The position numbers and the translations under genes were made by a program. A model generated the notes under the pieces. That model saw only the letters and a program-made list of their open reading frames with translations, made no database searches and was not told where the DNA came from. Below are positions 221,531 to 235,846 of a DNA stretch of 248,000 bases, one piece after another (the stretch's first letter is position 1; the number at the start of each line of letters is the position of its first letter). Origin of the DNA: Rhodosorus marinus CCMP1338 (Eukaryota > Plantae > Rhodophyta); assembly GCA_029953675.1 (NCBI GenBank), contig JAMWBK010000001.1, positions 1,260,001 to 1,508,000 of the forward strand, given 5' to 3'.

Positions 221531-222900
221531 TTTTCAACGGGGAAACGGTTGGTACTGTCACGGTTCGGGTCCAACCCAACAAGGAACCACTATTCGTGCG
221601 TATGCAATTCGATGTGGTTGGCTCTTTCTCGTTGGTGAGCATCAAGGGGGGGATCTTCTCGAAGAAGGAGGTCATACCTGAACGGGTGGAATACCACAAC
221701 TGGAGGAATGTTGCCAAGGTCGTGGCCTCTAGGGGGGTACCGGAGAGCACTTTATCGAACAGATTGAGCTTGGCCATCTGTCAGGACCAGATGCTTTCGG
221801 ACGAGATGGGGTTTTGTGAAAACTCCTGTCTGCTTTGGGGTTGGCCACGCCATCATCAAGGGACCAGATGGCAATCAGGTTTCGGGTAGAAACCATCCCG
221901 GACGGTGCATGCGAGCTCCGAGTCGCTGATGGACCCGACGTTCCGGTTTGCGAGCTTCCGGTGGTGTTCAGCTGCAATGAGTTTCGTGTGGACAATTCCT
222001 GCTTGGCTCTTACGGGAGATGATGGTGAGTGCCGTTGCTGCGGCGATGTTGGGGATGAACCCGCCGGTGGCGAAGGGCTCGATGCGATGTGTCTTGAGCT
222101 GGACGATTTTGAAGCATCCGTGTGTCCTGAGTTTGCGGTGAGTGATTGCCAATTCGTTTGCAGGAAATGAGACTGGGTTGGGCCATAACTTACTTCGTAA
222201 CTCTCGTTTCTCTCCGACTAAACGCACCAGATCATAAGACGCCTGGCTCATGCCTATGTATTATCCGCGGAACTGACGACGACGACTTGCTCCTTGGCAC
222301 TGAGGAAGACGACTTAATCTTCCGGTACGGTGGCGATGACGAGATCCTTGGTTATGGTGGAGATGACTATATCTACGGCGGTCGGGGTGTCGACGTTATT
222401 TCCAGCGGGTACGGTGATGACCGTATCTTCGGCGACCAAGGCGAAGATTTTATCTTTGGAATTGATGGCGATGACAAGCTTTACGGCGGATCTGGTGATG
222501 ATGGGCTTTTGGGGGGAGTTGTCAACGACATCTTGAATGGAGGCAGGGGTGATGACTCTAGAAGGCGGTGCCGGTAATGGTTCATATTACCAGGACGGAC
222601 CTTAAACCTAGTAAAACCATGGATAGTGGATATTAAACCGATCTGTCCGAGAGAGGAGACCATATACTGAACTGCAGGGGAGTGAAAGAAGGAAGGGGGT
222701 GAAGGAGTGGGCGATGATGCTCTTGAGGGCGTCTATTGGAATGATCATTTCAATCCTGGTACTGGAGATGACGTACTCAGCGACTACGCCCCACGCCAGG
222801 ATATTGACGGAATGCAATACTTGAACATCATCGTTCACATCCGCAGAGTTGTGCTAATATGGTTTTTGCTAGTCTGGCCTGGAGCGCTACGCAAAGCGTG
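221530..222900 (+). pseudogene. Disrupted Cys-rich + RTX repeat gene
   Basis: Cys-rich fragments then YGGDDEI, GGRGVD, GGSGDD, GGRGDD, GTGDD; frameshifts; 5' end lost. Confidence 0.65.
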
Positions 222901-225900
222901 AAAGGAAAACTAAGAACTAGGGAGAGAAGCATGCAAGCTCAGGCGGTGATGGCGTGCCTCGGCAAGCATAGTGCTAGACTATCGCCAAAGAGCGACACTG
223001 AGACGGTGTAGGAGCTCCAAAACTTCTACAGGACGGTCAGTAACGCATTTCCACGGCCAAGCCCGACTAGTCCAGGTGGCCAAGGGTTTCTAGTATGAAA
223101 GGCGAACCTGTGAGAACGACCCTCAGCGCAGAGGAGACTGGCCATACCCTCAGCATACTGGCGTTCCTTCACTCGGCGAAGGACCGAGGCGGCTGCTCCC
223201 GCGGCGGAGGGCGGCGGAGCTGAGATGGGCGCTTGCCACAGGACATGTGATCGCGAGGTCCACATATGTTAAGCGTCTGGTGGCGGCGCCGTGGCCGAGA
223301 CTACCCTGGGTAGTTCCGATTCCTCCTCCACCGTATGACCTACCACTCTCTAGCAGAATACTTACGGAAACCCCGCTACCGGGGTCTCATGCCACGTTCA
223401 AACGTTCAAAAGAAAAAAGAGGGGCAGCTGGTCCACGCGCTGAGCACCTAGTGCAATATGTGCGTTACCCTGCCATAGTCTCCTGTTAATTTGAGCACCG
223501 ACATCGCTTCGCTCCTCGCTCCTCGCTCCGGTGTGGTAAGTGCTTGCAGCCGTCTCGTTGGAATTCCTGCGCCGTCGGTCTAGACCGTCAAAAAGTTTCT
223601 ATAGCATTCGGAATAAACTTGTCATCCGGTTCCTCGATCGTCCTGGCTTCCTTGTAGTAGGCGATCTTCCCGTTCACAGCTACCCTCGCCGCATACCCAT
223701 TCTCACTCTAACGTATCCCCGTCTGTTGCCGCATGCCGACAGCTTTGGCAGCACGTTGTGCATATGTGGCGCCAGAGGCGGCTTGTGCCAACGTAGGAAA
223801 TTCAAGGTTCTCCTGTCTCAAGATTTCTGGGTGGGACTGCCGCTTCGTATGTAGAGAATTGCTTACGCAAAAATGAAGATAGGAACGTTTCCGTTCCTAT
223901 CTTCAACCATGCAACTTGCCTCACCGAAAGCGTCGTTGAATCCTACTCGGAGCAAGCGGCAGGTCCCCATACTCTCTTTGCCTATGGCAATCAGGCCTAG
224001 GTAGTGGTTTTGCTGAGGCGCTACACAAAGCGTGAAAGGAAAACTAGAGAGCTGGGGAAAGAAGCGTGCAAGTCCAGGCGGCGATGGCGAGCCACGGGAA
224101 GCATACTGCTAGAGTATCGCTACAGGGCGACACTGAAACCGCGTATGAGCTCCAATTATTCTCCAGGATGGTCAGTAAAGCGCTCGCGAAACCAATCCAA
224201 ACCCAACTTGTCCAGGTGGCCGCGGTTTCCCGGCTGAAAAACTGGAACCTGTGCGAGAGTTTTGTTAACATGGCTTTATTGGTTGGCTTTATTAGCATAG
224301 CCTGATGCGCTACGGATGACGTAAAAGGGAACTAGGGACTAGGGAGAAGAGCATGCAAGCCTAGGCGGCGGTGACGCCCCTCGGCGAGCATTATGCTAGA
224401 ATACCGCCAGCGAGCGACACTTAAACGGCGGACGGGCGCCAGATTGTTCAAGATGTTCGGAGGAACGTTTTGCGCAGCCAGTCCAAGCTTGACTTTTCCA
224501 GATGCCCAAATGAAAGGCTGGAACATGTGAGACCGGCTCTCTTCCCGGGGAAGGCTGGCCATGCTCTCAGCATAGCGTCGTTCCTTCACGAGGAGTTCGC
224601 TCAGGTTGTATTTCAGGCGCGTGCGTCTCTTCGTGTGATGACCTCGCAGCAGTCCGCACGAGCCCAGGAAGCGGTATCCACATCTGTCGATACGGCTCTC
224701 GCAACCCTGGCAGAAGGAACGGCGATTAGAATGCCAATGGCCCGTGGCAAACCCAGGTAGATCCGTGCCGCGGTCAGGAGCTGAGAGGCGTCCTGTCGTT
224801 GCTACGGTGGCGGGGCAGAGTGGCTAGCCATGGGTGGGATAGCTGAACTTCCATGCCGCAGGCGGTGTGGAGTTGAACTAGATTCCGTGAGCAGCACTGT
224901 GTTGGCCCCGAGTGAGGCTATGTTGGATGACATGAATGTGTGAGCTCTACGATCTGCTCAGACCCGGGTAATCGTAGAGCCCGTGGGTGACCGGGCTGAT
225001 TTGCAGATCGTCGATCATCAGGCGATTATTCATCGTTTCCAGTCCAAACTCCCTGCGTCCCCAAAGCAGCTCCCTCCAGGAAGCGAGCTCTGCGATGCTC
225101 TTCCGGAAAGGCCTTGCACTGTCGCAGGGCGTCATAGATGCGCAGTAGCGAAGCCGGAAGGTCGACTGCGTCATCGTTTGTCAGTGCCCAATTCACAATG
225201 CAGGCACTGCGGAACCCCCTAAGGGTATGCAGAGCGGTGGCCCAGGAGGCTACCGTTGCAGTCGAGCAGCAAAGACGTCGGTCACCAACTCCAAAGCCTT
225301 CAAGGCGCAAGGGTGCTCTACCCCAGAGCCATCTGGGCCTGTATGATATCCCTGCCAGGTGTCGATTCCGAGGCAAGTGGTTCATCTCAAAGTGTTCCCA
225401 AATTCGTTAGCGTCGTCTCGTCCGCCTTGGGGGCAATCCACGCCCCATTGGGTGGAAGACTTTGCAAGCCTATGGTAAGGGGCCTCGGTACCCCAGGCGT
225501 TTTGAATGAGTCCGTCATCCTATTGTCTGGAATGACAACATGCTTTCTTCGTGAGTTTTATTTTGAAAATATCTCCGTACAGGGTCAACCATCTAGACTA
225601 CCGTAGCCGCAGATACTAATCCATTCCCTCGCAACCACTAGCGCAAGCCGGCCCTTCAGAATAGTGCGAGCTCTTCAGGGGGGGGAGAGAACGGGTATTT
225701 ACACTGGTGTGACGGTACCACCACACTGTAGTGGAACTTTCCATTGATCTCCAGAATCGCTGAAATCTCCGTCGAGCTCAATATTACCTACGAAAAAGGA
225801 GAGTATTCGAAAAGTCGTCGCCGCAGAATCGTGCAACGGTTGGGCCGACGTCTGCGCTGTTGTGGGAGTGGCTCCCTCCTGCCACCTTCACTCCATCAAC

Positions 225901-227044
225901 TCTCACATCGATATTTTTAACAGTTACCTCGGGGGACTACCCCGGTCTAGCATATGCCATAATGGACATCTCACAGACTTGGTGGTCCTTAGCTAGACCA
226001 GTCAAAGGGTCACCAAAATCCCATGCTCTTTCAAGTGAATAAGACTGGCTTTATTAGTGAATAATACAGATTTACGGTCCGGCGAAACACCACATAAATA
226101 GTCGACTGCTGATCTCCACTGTTCGGGAAGTACTTAAAGCGAAACGGGACAGAGTGTTGCTGAGAGGGGTCCCGTAAGTGCGAACGACGCCAAACCATCT
226201 TCGGGGTCCCCAAAGTCTTCAAAGTTGGTAGTCACTTTCGTTGAAATCTACCGCATCGAAAAAATCCCACCTTTGGTCCCCCCCCCCCACCTTTTAAATC
226301 AATTGCTTAATGGGAGACTGAAAAAAAAATGAACCGACTCCAAAAAACAACACGGATCCGCGGTTCCAGCATTAATGCACCACCGTTCATACGCCGCAAA
226401 CAAAGAAGCTCAAACAAAGCGTAGACAACGAGGAGAGCCAGTCGGGGTGTGCTCACGAAACGATTTGTCAGTCAATGAGGGCGACCGGCATCCACAAACC
226501 CAAAATACCGTAATTTCAAAAGGGACCAACATCCCGATGTGTGCAGAGCCGAATTCCGCGGGAAGACGGTAACCCCCCCCCCGCATCTTTCACTTCTTTA
226601 ATGAATGAATGAATGAATGGTTTAATCGGAGGCTGAAAAAAAAAACCCCGAGGGGAAAAAAAGACTAAGCGCGGCGAAGTACTCGCGCCTCCAACATCAA
226701 AGCGGCATTCATGCGCCACAGCAGGAAACTTAAGCGGGTAAACAACGATTGAAGACGGTCAGGGCGTTCGCGGAACAACTCCCGAAGCCAGCGAGAACCA
226801 ACAGAGTCCATGAACCCAAAGCACTCAATGATCAGGGGTACCAAGCGATGTGCTAGTGCCGAAGGACGAACACCAGGGGAAGACAAAGCCCCCGCGTATT
226901 TGATCTATTTGCGGGTTACGGAGTGCTCTAGTAAACCATTCATTCATTCAGTAAAGCTAGTTTTTTTTTTTTTTTTTTTTTCCCCTCGGGGTTTTTTTTT
227001 TTTTTTTCAGCCTCCGATTAAACCATTCATTCAGTAAAGCTAGT

Positions 227045-230000
227045 TTTGCACTTCGATTTTGACCGTTTCTCGGGCAATTTCCTGTCTCCGGGAGAAACGG
227101 CAGGGCTCTCTGAGCATGAGAGCAGCGTGAAGGCGGCAGCGATCCATTGGCTACGGATTCAGCGCCTTGAGAGGATCTTGTTGGAGCGGTTCCGGTCGGG
227201 CCCTCGTCACCTGCGCATGGCGGTTTCCAGTTTCTTCGATCTGGAGAGGCGACTTGTGCTGACTTCGCGCTACAAGACAGAGCTGCAGCGGGTGGGGATT
227301 TTGGAGGGCTCTGCTTCCAGCACTACTTCCAGCGAGAGTGGTGAGGAAGGGGAGCAGACTGAGGGCACGGCGGTGGAGGACGCCCAGGTTACTTTGCTGA
227401 AGCCCGCGGGATCCGTTCCGCGAGCCTCGCGGAGTGGGTGGCTCACGACTTTGGTGCGGATAGGAGGTAAGAGAGCGAGGACCGACTCCCCCGGGTCTAA
227501 GGGGGAGAAGCACGATTAGCGCTCCAGGCACAGCTGCGAGGTCGCAGCCTATGGATCTACAGTCTTATGTCCTGAAGGAGGGCGGAGACTGGGGCATTTG
227601 GCGTACGCGTTTTCGGAGTTGGCTCCGGCGGTGGATTTCTTTGGAAGGAGGCTCGCTTCCCCTCCGTGGGGGCATTCCCCCAGTCGTCCTTCCTCGTGGA
227701 GACCTTCTAGTAGCTGGAACCATTCTCGATTTCATCTTCACGAGCCTGGCTCGCAACATTCGGGACACAGTCATTTGGGTTTTTCTGGGGGTCATGCCGC
227801 GCCTGATTCTGGCCCCCATTCACACATCGGAGCGCAGATGGCGAGTACGAGACCGACTGGCCCTGTTCTTGAAGGGAGACTTCGAAGTACTACAGCGCAG
227901 CTATTTGGCGTCGTCAGCACCATCCGCCCGTCGGACTCGGCATGGCACAGTGTCGCCCGTGCCGGCTCGAGTACAGAAATTGGTAGCAGTGGGCGATTTA
228001 AGTCGAGCGGCGCGGGTTTTGGAGGGCCAGGCGCCTGTCCTCCCCTACGATGATAGTCTCGCCCAGACGGTGTGGTCTTTGTTCCCTGAGTCCGACGTGG
228101 ATTTGTCCCCTGAATTCGAGGTATTCTTGGACCGTCCGGAGTTGGCCAGGTTTCGCATCGATCTGACGCTCAGTGAGTCTGACCTGGAGGATTTGCTTCG
228201 TACCTCGCGTCGGGGACGCTGTCCCGGACCCTCCGGACTAAGAACAGAGCTATTGCAGGCCCTGAGCCAGCCTGGCAAGAGCGCGCTTCTGAGGTTCCTT
228301 AACAAGTTGTTCCAGGGCGTATCGGGTGCGTCTGCGCCATGGGAACATCTCCGGCAGGCGCAGCTTTGCTTGCTCACGAAACCTGACCACCAGCCGGCCC
228401 ACCCGCGTCTCCGGCCGATCGGGATGGTGGAGAGCCTACGGAAGTTAGCCGGGAGGTGGCTATGCCAGCGCCTTCGCCAGCGCGTTACAGCTTTTATGGC
228501 GCCCTTGCAAGTAGGGGTGGGATTTTCTGGGGGTTGCGAACTGATCACCCATGGGATCGAGCTAGAACGCGCCAGTAGGCCGGAGTGGGGAGTCTTGGTG
228601 GTTGATTTCCGGAACGCATTCAACAGCGTGTCGCGGACGCATGCGCTAGAGGTGCTCCGACGGGTGTTTCCGGAGGCGTGGCCGTTTCTATCGGGTATTT
228701 ACGGAGGGGAGAGCCTCCCCTACTTGACAACGGAAGGCACTGTTTTTCAAGCACATACTGGCGTCCAACAAGGCGACCCTTGCGGACCTCTTCTTCATGC
228801 CTGTGCCCTACAGCTCGTACTTTTACGTCTTTCGACTGAGGTCTCGGATCTTCGAATCTGCGCGTACCACGATGACGTAACATTGCTGGGCACCCCTGAC
228901 ACCCTGGCTAGGGGACTGACCGCGATCGAAGCGATTGCACGTCGCGTCGGTTTGACTGTGGAAACAGAAAAATGTCGCTTTCTCCCCCCGAGGGACGTGT
229001 CGCTGACCTCTCTGCCACCCACTCTGCGACTAATCAGCGAACGTGAAGGGTTCGAACACCACGGCGTCGGATTGGGGACTGACAACTTTGTCCAAGCATC
229101 CTGCGAGCGAGTTTTGGCACGGCACAAGCAACTCACCGACGCCATTGAGCATCTACCCGACAGCATGCTGCAATCGGCCTGCTTGCTTTCCCGCTTTTGT
229201 GCCGGTCCCAGACTCAACTACTGGTTGCGCAGCCTGCCTCCAGCTTGGGGCTCGTGGATCGCGGCTAAAGCCGACGAAATGACCCTGCAACACTGGGGAA
229301 CGCTCTTGGATGAGCCCCTCGATCTTGGAGCTGCTCCCGACAGGGACTTTATTCGTGAACAGATCGCTCTACCGTTGCGATTAGGGGGATTCGGCGTCGC
229401 AGACCGTGGGCTGGTATGCTCGCCAGCGGCGGTTGCCTCCTGGGCTACCGCGCCGCGAACGTTGGTGACCTTCCAGATGCGAAGTGTCTGCCTCTTGGCT
229501 CGAGCTTTGACCAACGAGGATCCAGTGACCCTGCCGCCCCCGCTTTTGACAATTTATGATGGTCTTCAACACGCGTTCAGGAGGTGCAACGCCGTGCCGG
229601 ACGCAAATCGGTCCCGCTTTGGTTCCTGGAGGGAGCTGTTATGGGGACGAGCTGAAGCGATTGAGGATTGTCCCCTCGACCGAGTTCTTGCCGATGACGG
229701 AGAGGCTAGCCCCGGGTCCCCTGTTGCAGACTACCCGGGTTTGAGCCGATTGTGGAGCTCCCGCACTGATGTGATTCAACATAGCCTCACCTGGGGCCAA
229801 CACAGTGCCGCTCACACAGTCATGCTCAATTCTCCTCTCACGCCGCCTACCACTGCCGCTCGTCTCCGCGGCATGGGAGGCCACCTCTCGCACTTGTGGT
229901 TAACCACTCTACCGTCGTCATTGAGTCATCGTCTCGATGCTTTCCAGTTCCGTTCTGCCGCACGGATCTATCTCGGTTTGCCACAGGCTCCGTGGCACTC

Positions 230001-230700
230001 TAATCGGCCGTCTTTCTGTCAGGGATGTGAGAGCCGGATTAACGCTTGTGGCTACCACTTCCTGGGTTCCTGCGGACTGTTGCGAGGTCTCCGTACGAGG
230101 CGTCACACTCGCCTCAAGTACATCCTCAGCGAATATTTGACTCGGATAGGGCATACGGTTGAGGTTGAGTCGGAACTGCCCAGATCAATCTCGGACTCTG
230201 CACCGCCCCGTTGTATAGCCGATCTCCTCGTCTCCGACGCTACTGCCAGACGCTCAACATATGTGGACCTTGCGATTACCTGCCCCGTGGCCAGCGCCCA
230301 CCTCACCGCAGCCGCCCGCCGCCGGGGGGCCGCGGCTTCAGCCCTTCGAAGAGGTTAAGGAACGACGGTATGCTGAGAGCATGGCCAGTCTGCCTTGCGC
230401 TGAGGGTCGCTCTCACCGGTTCCAGCCATTCATTGTGGAAAGCTTTGGTCACGTGGATAAGTCGGGTTTAGAGTGGTTGCGGAAATGTTTTGCTGAGCAT
230501 CCTACTGAATATTTGGCGCTCTTGAGGCGTTGAAGTGTCTCCCTTTGGCGATATTCCAGCGACATGCTTTCCGAGGCGCGCCATCGGCGCCTGGGGTTGC
230601 ATGCTTCGCGCGCTAGTTATTAGTTCATCTTCACGCCTTGCGTAGCGCTTCAGGCTATGCTAGTAAAGTCCAGTAAAGTCCAGTAAAGCGTATGCAAGTA
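227045..230700 (+). mobile_element. Family A copy, 5'-truncated in ORF1 (ORF2 frameshifted near the end)
   Basis: 935-aa open ORF2 portion; tail (AGTAAAGTCC)n. Confidence 0.9.
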
Positions 230701-233700
230701 AAGTCCAGTAAAGCGTCCACGACTGCGTGCGTCCATACGCCGGGCAAAACAAGAAGCTCAAACAAGGGTAGACAACAAGGAGAGCCGGTCGGGGGGCTCA
230801 CGAATCGATTTGTGCAGTCAATGGGGGCCACTAGCATCCACGAACCCAAAATACCGTAATTTCAAAACGGACCAGCATCCCGATGTCCAGAGTCGATCTA
230901 CGAATTCCACGAGAAGACAACCCCCCCCCCCCCTCGCATTTTTCACTTCTTTGATAAGGTTTTACGGCGTCCTTTAGTAAAGCGTTCACGGCTACGTTAG
231001 TCTGGGGTTCCTGGGGGGAGACAACCCCCTCACCGACATATTTCGCTTCTATGAAGCTGTTGAACGTTTGTTTTTTTTTGCTGTTTCACGTTCCCCCCCT
231101 TTTGCTCGGCCCGCACCGGAGGGCAAAATCTTATCAACACAAAGTATATACAAGAATCTCGCAAAAATAAAAACAAACATGAAACGAACTAAAAAGTAGT
231201 ATTTTTTTGAAACAGCGACGGAGCAAAGAAAGTATATACAAAACTCTCGCAAAAAACGAGAAACGGACTAAAAATAGTATTAAACATTAAAAAATACTCA
231301 CGCGTGCTACAGATATAACAAATGTCAATCACTTTAATTTCTTGAGTTTGCATTTCTTGTACACGTAGTAAATGGGGAATATTATTACGAAAATAGGATC
231401 AATTCACTTCTATGAAAGTATGCCGGGCTGTTCAGCTCTTGAATGAAATTGTTTTTTTTACTGTTTCACGTTCTTTCGTACTTTCTCAGTCCGCACGGGA
231501 GGGTAGAAACTTTTATTAAAAAAGCATATACAAGCCGGTAGGGTCGCTTGTGGAGCCAAAGGGGGGCGCGACCGAAATGCACAAATCGAGGGGACCAGAC
231601 CAGGCCGCCCAATGTGTTTCGAATTTCAGGGGAAGCCCGAAGACGAGCATATTTCACCTCTTTGATGAGGTTAGCTTGCCTTAAGGGCTTTGCGTGTGGA
231701 TCAGTCGGACCAACCACTGATCTCTTGTTTTTGTTTTTTATCGTAGCTAGCGACCCCGGATTGCTGGGGTTAAACCCAACCGTCTTCCCTAGATAGGGTT
231801 TGCGCGTTAGGCAGTTGCCCAGTCAAGTCTACTGTTACGTTAGTCTGGGGTACTCCTGGAGAGGGGGTCTAAGTCAGATTGGAGCGAACATAGAGTAGTG
231901 GTATTGCGCTGCTGTAGGTAGCTGCCGAATAAAGGCCACGGGGTTCTAAGGGGTGACAAAGTCCGTGCAAATTTTTCACTTCTTTGGAAGTATGCGGGCT
232001 TGTGCAACTGTTGAACGAATTTTTTTTTTGGACTGCTTTCACGTTTTCCCCTTGCAGCCCACCGCGAAGGTAGAATCTTATCTCAAAAAGTATATTACAA
232101 AAATCTGACAAAAATAAATACTAAAGACGTGCTAAAAAGTAGTAGACTTTCAGCCTCCGATTAAACCATTCATTCATTTTTAAAGGACTCAACGCGTTAA
232201 AGGCTCGAAACTGATCCTATTTTCGTCAACACGAAATGCTTAGGTGCTCGAACGCGACAGCGAGATCAATGTATGTGGGACGCCGGCTATCCAGTAGATT
232301 GGCCATTCAGCGCTCATCATTTTGGGAGTCCGCGACAGCAGCGGCTTCTCACGTCCAATTTCAAGACCAGTTTGCCGGACGATATTACGAATTTCACTGT
232401 ATATCAAGTTCAAAATCCGCGTTTGAGCACCTTAGCACTTCGTATACACGTAGTGGATGCCGAATATGACGAAAATAGGATCAATTTCGAACCTGATAGG
232501 AGCTGAACACAAGTACTCTTCGCTCCCTGTCGAGAACATATCCGTATTGCGCGAGCTCAATGTCTGTACAATTGACATTGGTGTAGAGATGGATATTAAG
232601 CCCTTTATACGTTCCAAAACCGAAAAATACCAGCATCTTCTCGAAAATCTGTTGTTTATGGGGAGGTATGTGACCCCAAAGAGTTGATAGCAAACGTGTA
232701 CAATCGAAGCGACCCCCTTCACCATGAAGACTTTTTCAGAGTTGTTGATACAATGCCATCCTAGCACATGGCCCTGGAACGTGTTGATGAGAAACAAAAT
232801 GGGCGTGCAAACTCTAGGATGGAAGCTAACCTGTTGAATCAAGACACACGCGTGTATACCATGAAATGACTTCGAAGCATGAGTCTGATGCCAATATCAG
232901 CCAAGATCGTTTGTCATCCTAGTGAGGGAGACTCTTAAGATAAAAAGCAATAAGAGACATATAAGAAACAGGAAACAGGTACAAAAACACCTACTTTGTC
233001 CACAAAGATGTCAACGTCATTATGAGAATCTTCTTCTCTAATACCTTTCATCCAATGAACGAATTGCTTATCGCCCAACACTACAATCACTTTAGTTCTG
233101 GGCTGACCAGGTTTTTTTCAACTCAGCGGTCATGACGACACTCTGCCCTATAAAAATTATAAAAAGTTATGAAAAGGGTATACAAAACGAGTAAAAACAT
233201 AAAAGTTAAAAATGTATTTAAAAGTATGACACGGGATTGATAATAAGCAAATTCGTTCATTGGATGAAGAGAGTTAGAGTAGAAGATTCTCATCATGACG
233301 TTGATATCCCGACTCTTTGGAGTCATACCTCCCCATGAAATATTTTTTTCTTTTTTTTTCGAGGAAGGTGGAAGGCATTTTTCGATTCTGGAACGTATTA
233401 TGAAGGGCTTAATATCGATCTCTACACCAACGTCGATTGTAGCTCACGCAATACAGATGTTGCGCAGTATGGAGCGAAAAGTAGTTGTGTCCAACCCCTT
233501 AACAGGTTCGAAACTGATCCTATTTTTTCGTCATATTCAGCACTCAATACGGGTCTACAAAGTGCAAACCCAACAGCTAAAGATGTTGACATTTGACTAG
233601 CTGAACAGTACGTGTGAGTACTTTTTAATGCTTTCTACTACTTTTTAGAGGGTCTTTACTATTTTATTTATTTTTGTGAGGCTTTTGTATGTACTTTTTT

Positions 233701-235846
233701 GATAAGATTCTACTCCCCTGGTGTTGGGCATTCGTTCGGTGTTGGGCTGAGCGACGGGAAATGTGAAACAGTAAAAAAAAACAATTTCATCCGACTTAGA
233801 CTCCACCTGGGTCTCACCCATCCCTACAACTAGTTTTTTTGCCGGACAACGCTTCACCCGGTGCCCGGGTTAATGACCCCCAAAGCACCTCCTCTGCCTC
233901 CAGTCTTCACTCCGGTTGTCCAGACGAACAGAGGTCACTTCCCTGACCTCGGTCACACGTTCCCAGGTTCTTCAGAGAGAGCGTCCCAACTAGACTGCCT
234001 TCGACGGTCTTCATAGGGACCCACCCATACCGTACTATGCCGTACTATGAGCGTGTTGTGCAGGACGCGGATCAGCGCCACCTGCGTCTGTTGATTCGCG
234101 CCTTGCACCTATTCTCTGCACGGAGTCCAAAAGGTTGGCCACATGATATATTTCCTCGTAACCGTAAGCTTTACTGGGCAGCTGCCTACTGCAGCGCAAC
234201 ACTACGTCTAATCCTATCTAGGCAGAAACTTACTGGAACCCCGCTACCGGGGTCTCATGCTACGTTCAAAAGAAAAAACAGGCACCAGCGGATTCTCCAA
234301 CTGGTCCACGCGCAAAGCGCCTAATGCTATCTCTGCGTTACCAAAAAAAAAGCTTCTGAGACAGAACTTGAACTGGACTCGCACGGCCAAAAAAAATAAA
234401 AGCAAAACTGACCAATCTGGACATGTCGAGGCTCTCTGTTCTCAGGACAAACCTCTTGCCGAGGCCTTTGTATCCAATAAGAGGACGGCGTTTTGGAATC
234501 TGGTGCTGAGGGAAGCCGCCAGAAAACAGATATGGTTAATGGTCTTGTGTCTTTTGGGGGGATGCCATCGACTAGGAACATGCCCTACTTTGGACCAACA
234601 TCACAATGCTCCTGCATGGAGAGTATAAAGTATACACCAGTACGGCGTTGTGGAGGGATTTGTGGAGGGATTTGTGGATTGGAAAGCCTCGTTCACGAAA
234701 AAGACCTTGCTCTTTGTTTTGTGTTTTTTTTGGAGGGTAGCCTTACTTTGGAACAACACTCGACATCCATTTCAGAGAGCTTTCAGAACGGCTCCTTCGA
234801 TAGAGATATTCAAGAGAACGATGCACCCGCTCTCTTCCACAAGTATGTTGGATTTTCAATCTCTCCCTGGCGGAGATCCTTCGCATTTCCAGAATCGGTG
234901 CTGGGAATTTCGGATACGCTTTGTGTGGAGAGAAGAAATCACGCATATTTTTCCCGAAAACCCAGTAAAATTCGGTGGCAGGCAGCTTTTGGTTCGATGT
235001 ACAACCATGTCCAAAGGTTGGCGATATGATACGTTTGGTAAAAAGAATTCGTTCGAGATAGAAATTCGTACCGTAAAAGAAAAAGGGACAAAAATGATCT
235101 TGTCGAGGCCTCTGTCGCCAGGAGGTTTGGAGGCGCTCCTGCTGAGGGGAGCCTCGTCGTCCAAAAAAACAGATGTAGTTGATGGCCTTGTGGTTTCTTT
235201 TTTTTTGCAAGCCATCGGAACATGCCCTACTTTGGACCTATAGCACAATATCCCTCGATGTAGACAAAAGCCGTCACCGATCTGGAGAGTTTTTTGGAGA
235301 GGCTCCTTCGATCGAGGCAATGCGGGGAGCGAGGCTCCCACTCTCTTCAACAAGTACGGGGGATCTTCCGATTTTCCATAGAGCCCTTCCTCCCCTGACA
235401 GAGCCCGGAAGGTCTATCAAAGCAACTTCCAAAAGACGGAATCTTCCGATTTTTCGTAACTGGTTTTTAGAAAAGTCCTCCGAAACAGTGAGTCTTCCGA
235501 TTTTCCGTCGATGTTCCCCCAACCCCCCCCCCCCCTCCCCGGCTTCCTCCGGGGTGGCTCTACCAAGTAAGGCCCCGCAAGGCTGGAAAACCTGACCCAC
235601 CGTGGGATGGGATCAAACACCAGAAACTCGTATACTAGCCTGAAGCGCTACGCAAGGCGGGCTGTGGGGTGGGAGGCATATTGCTTGTATAAAGCGAGAG
235701 CACAGGCGTGGAGAGGGCCGCAAACGGGAGGCGCTAGGCTGGTGGTTTTTTTCGTGGCATACGGTGGTTTAGTCTGGTTTTGGAAAAAATTGGACCTCGG
235801 GCCTTGTGCTTTTCGTTGGTGTTTTGTTGTGTGGAATCAGCAAAAA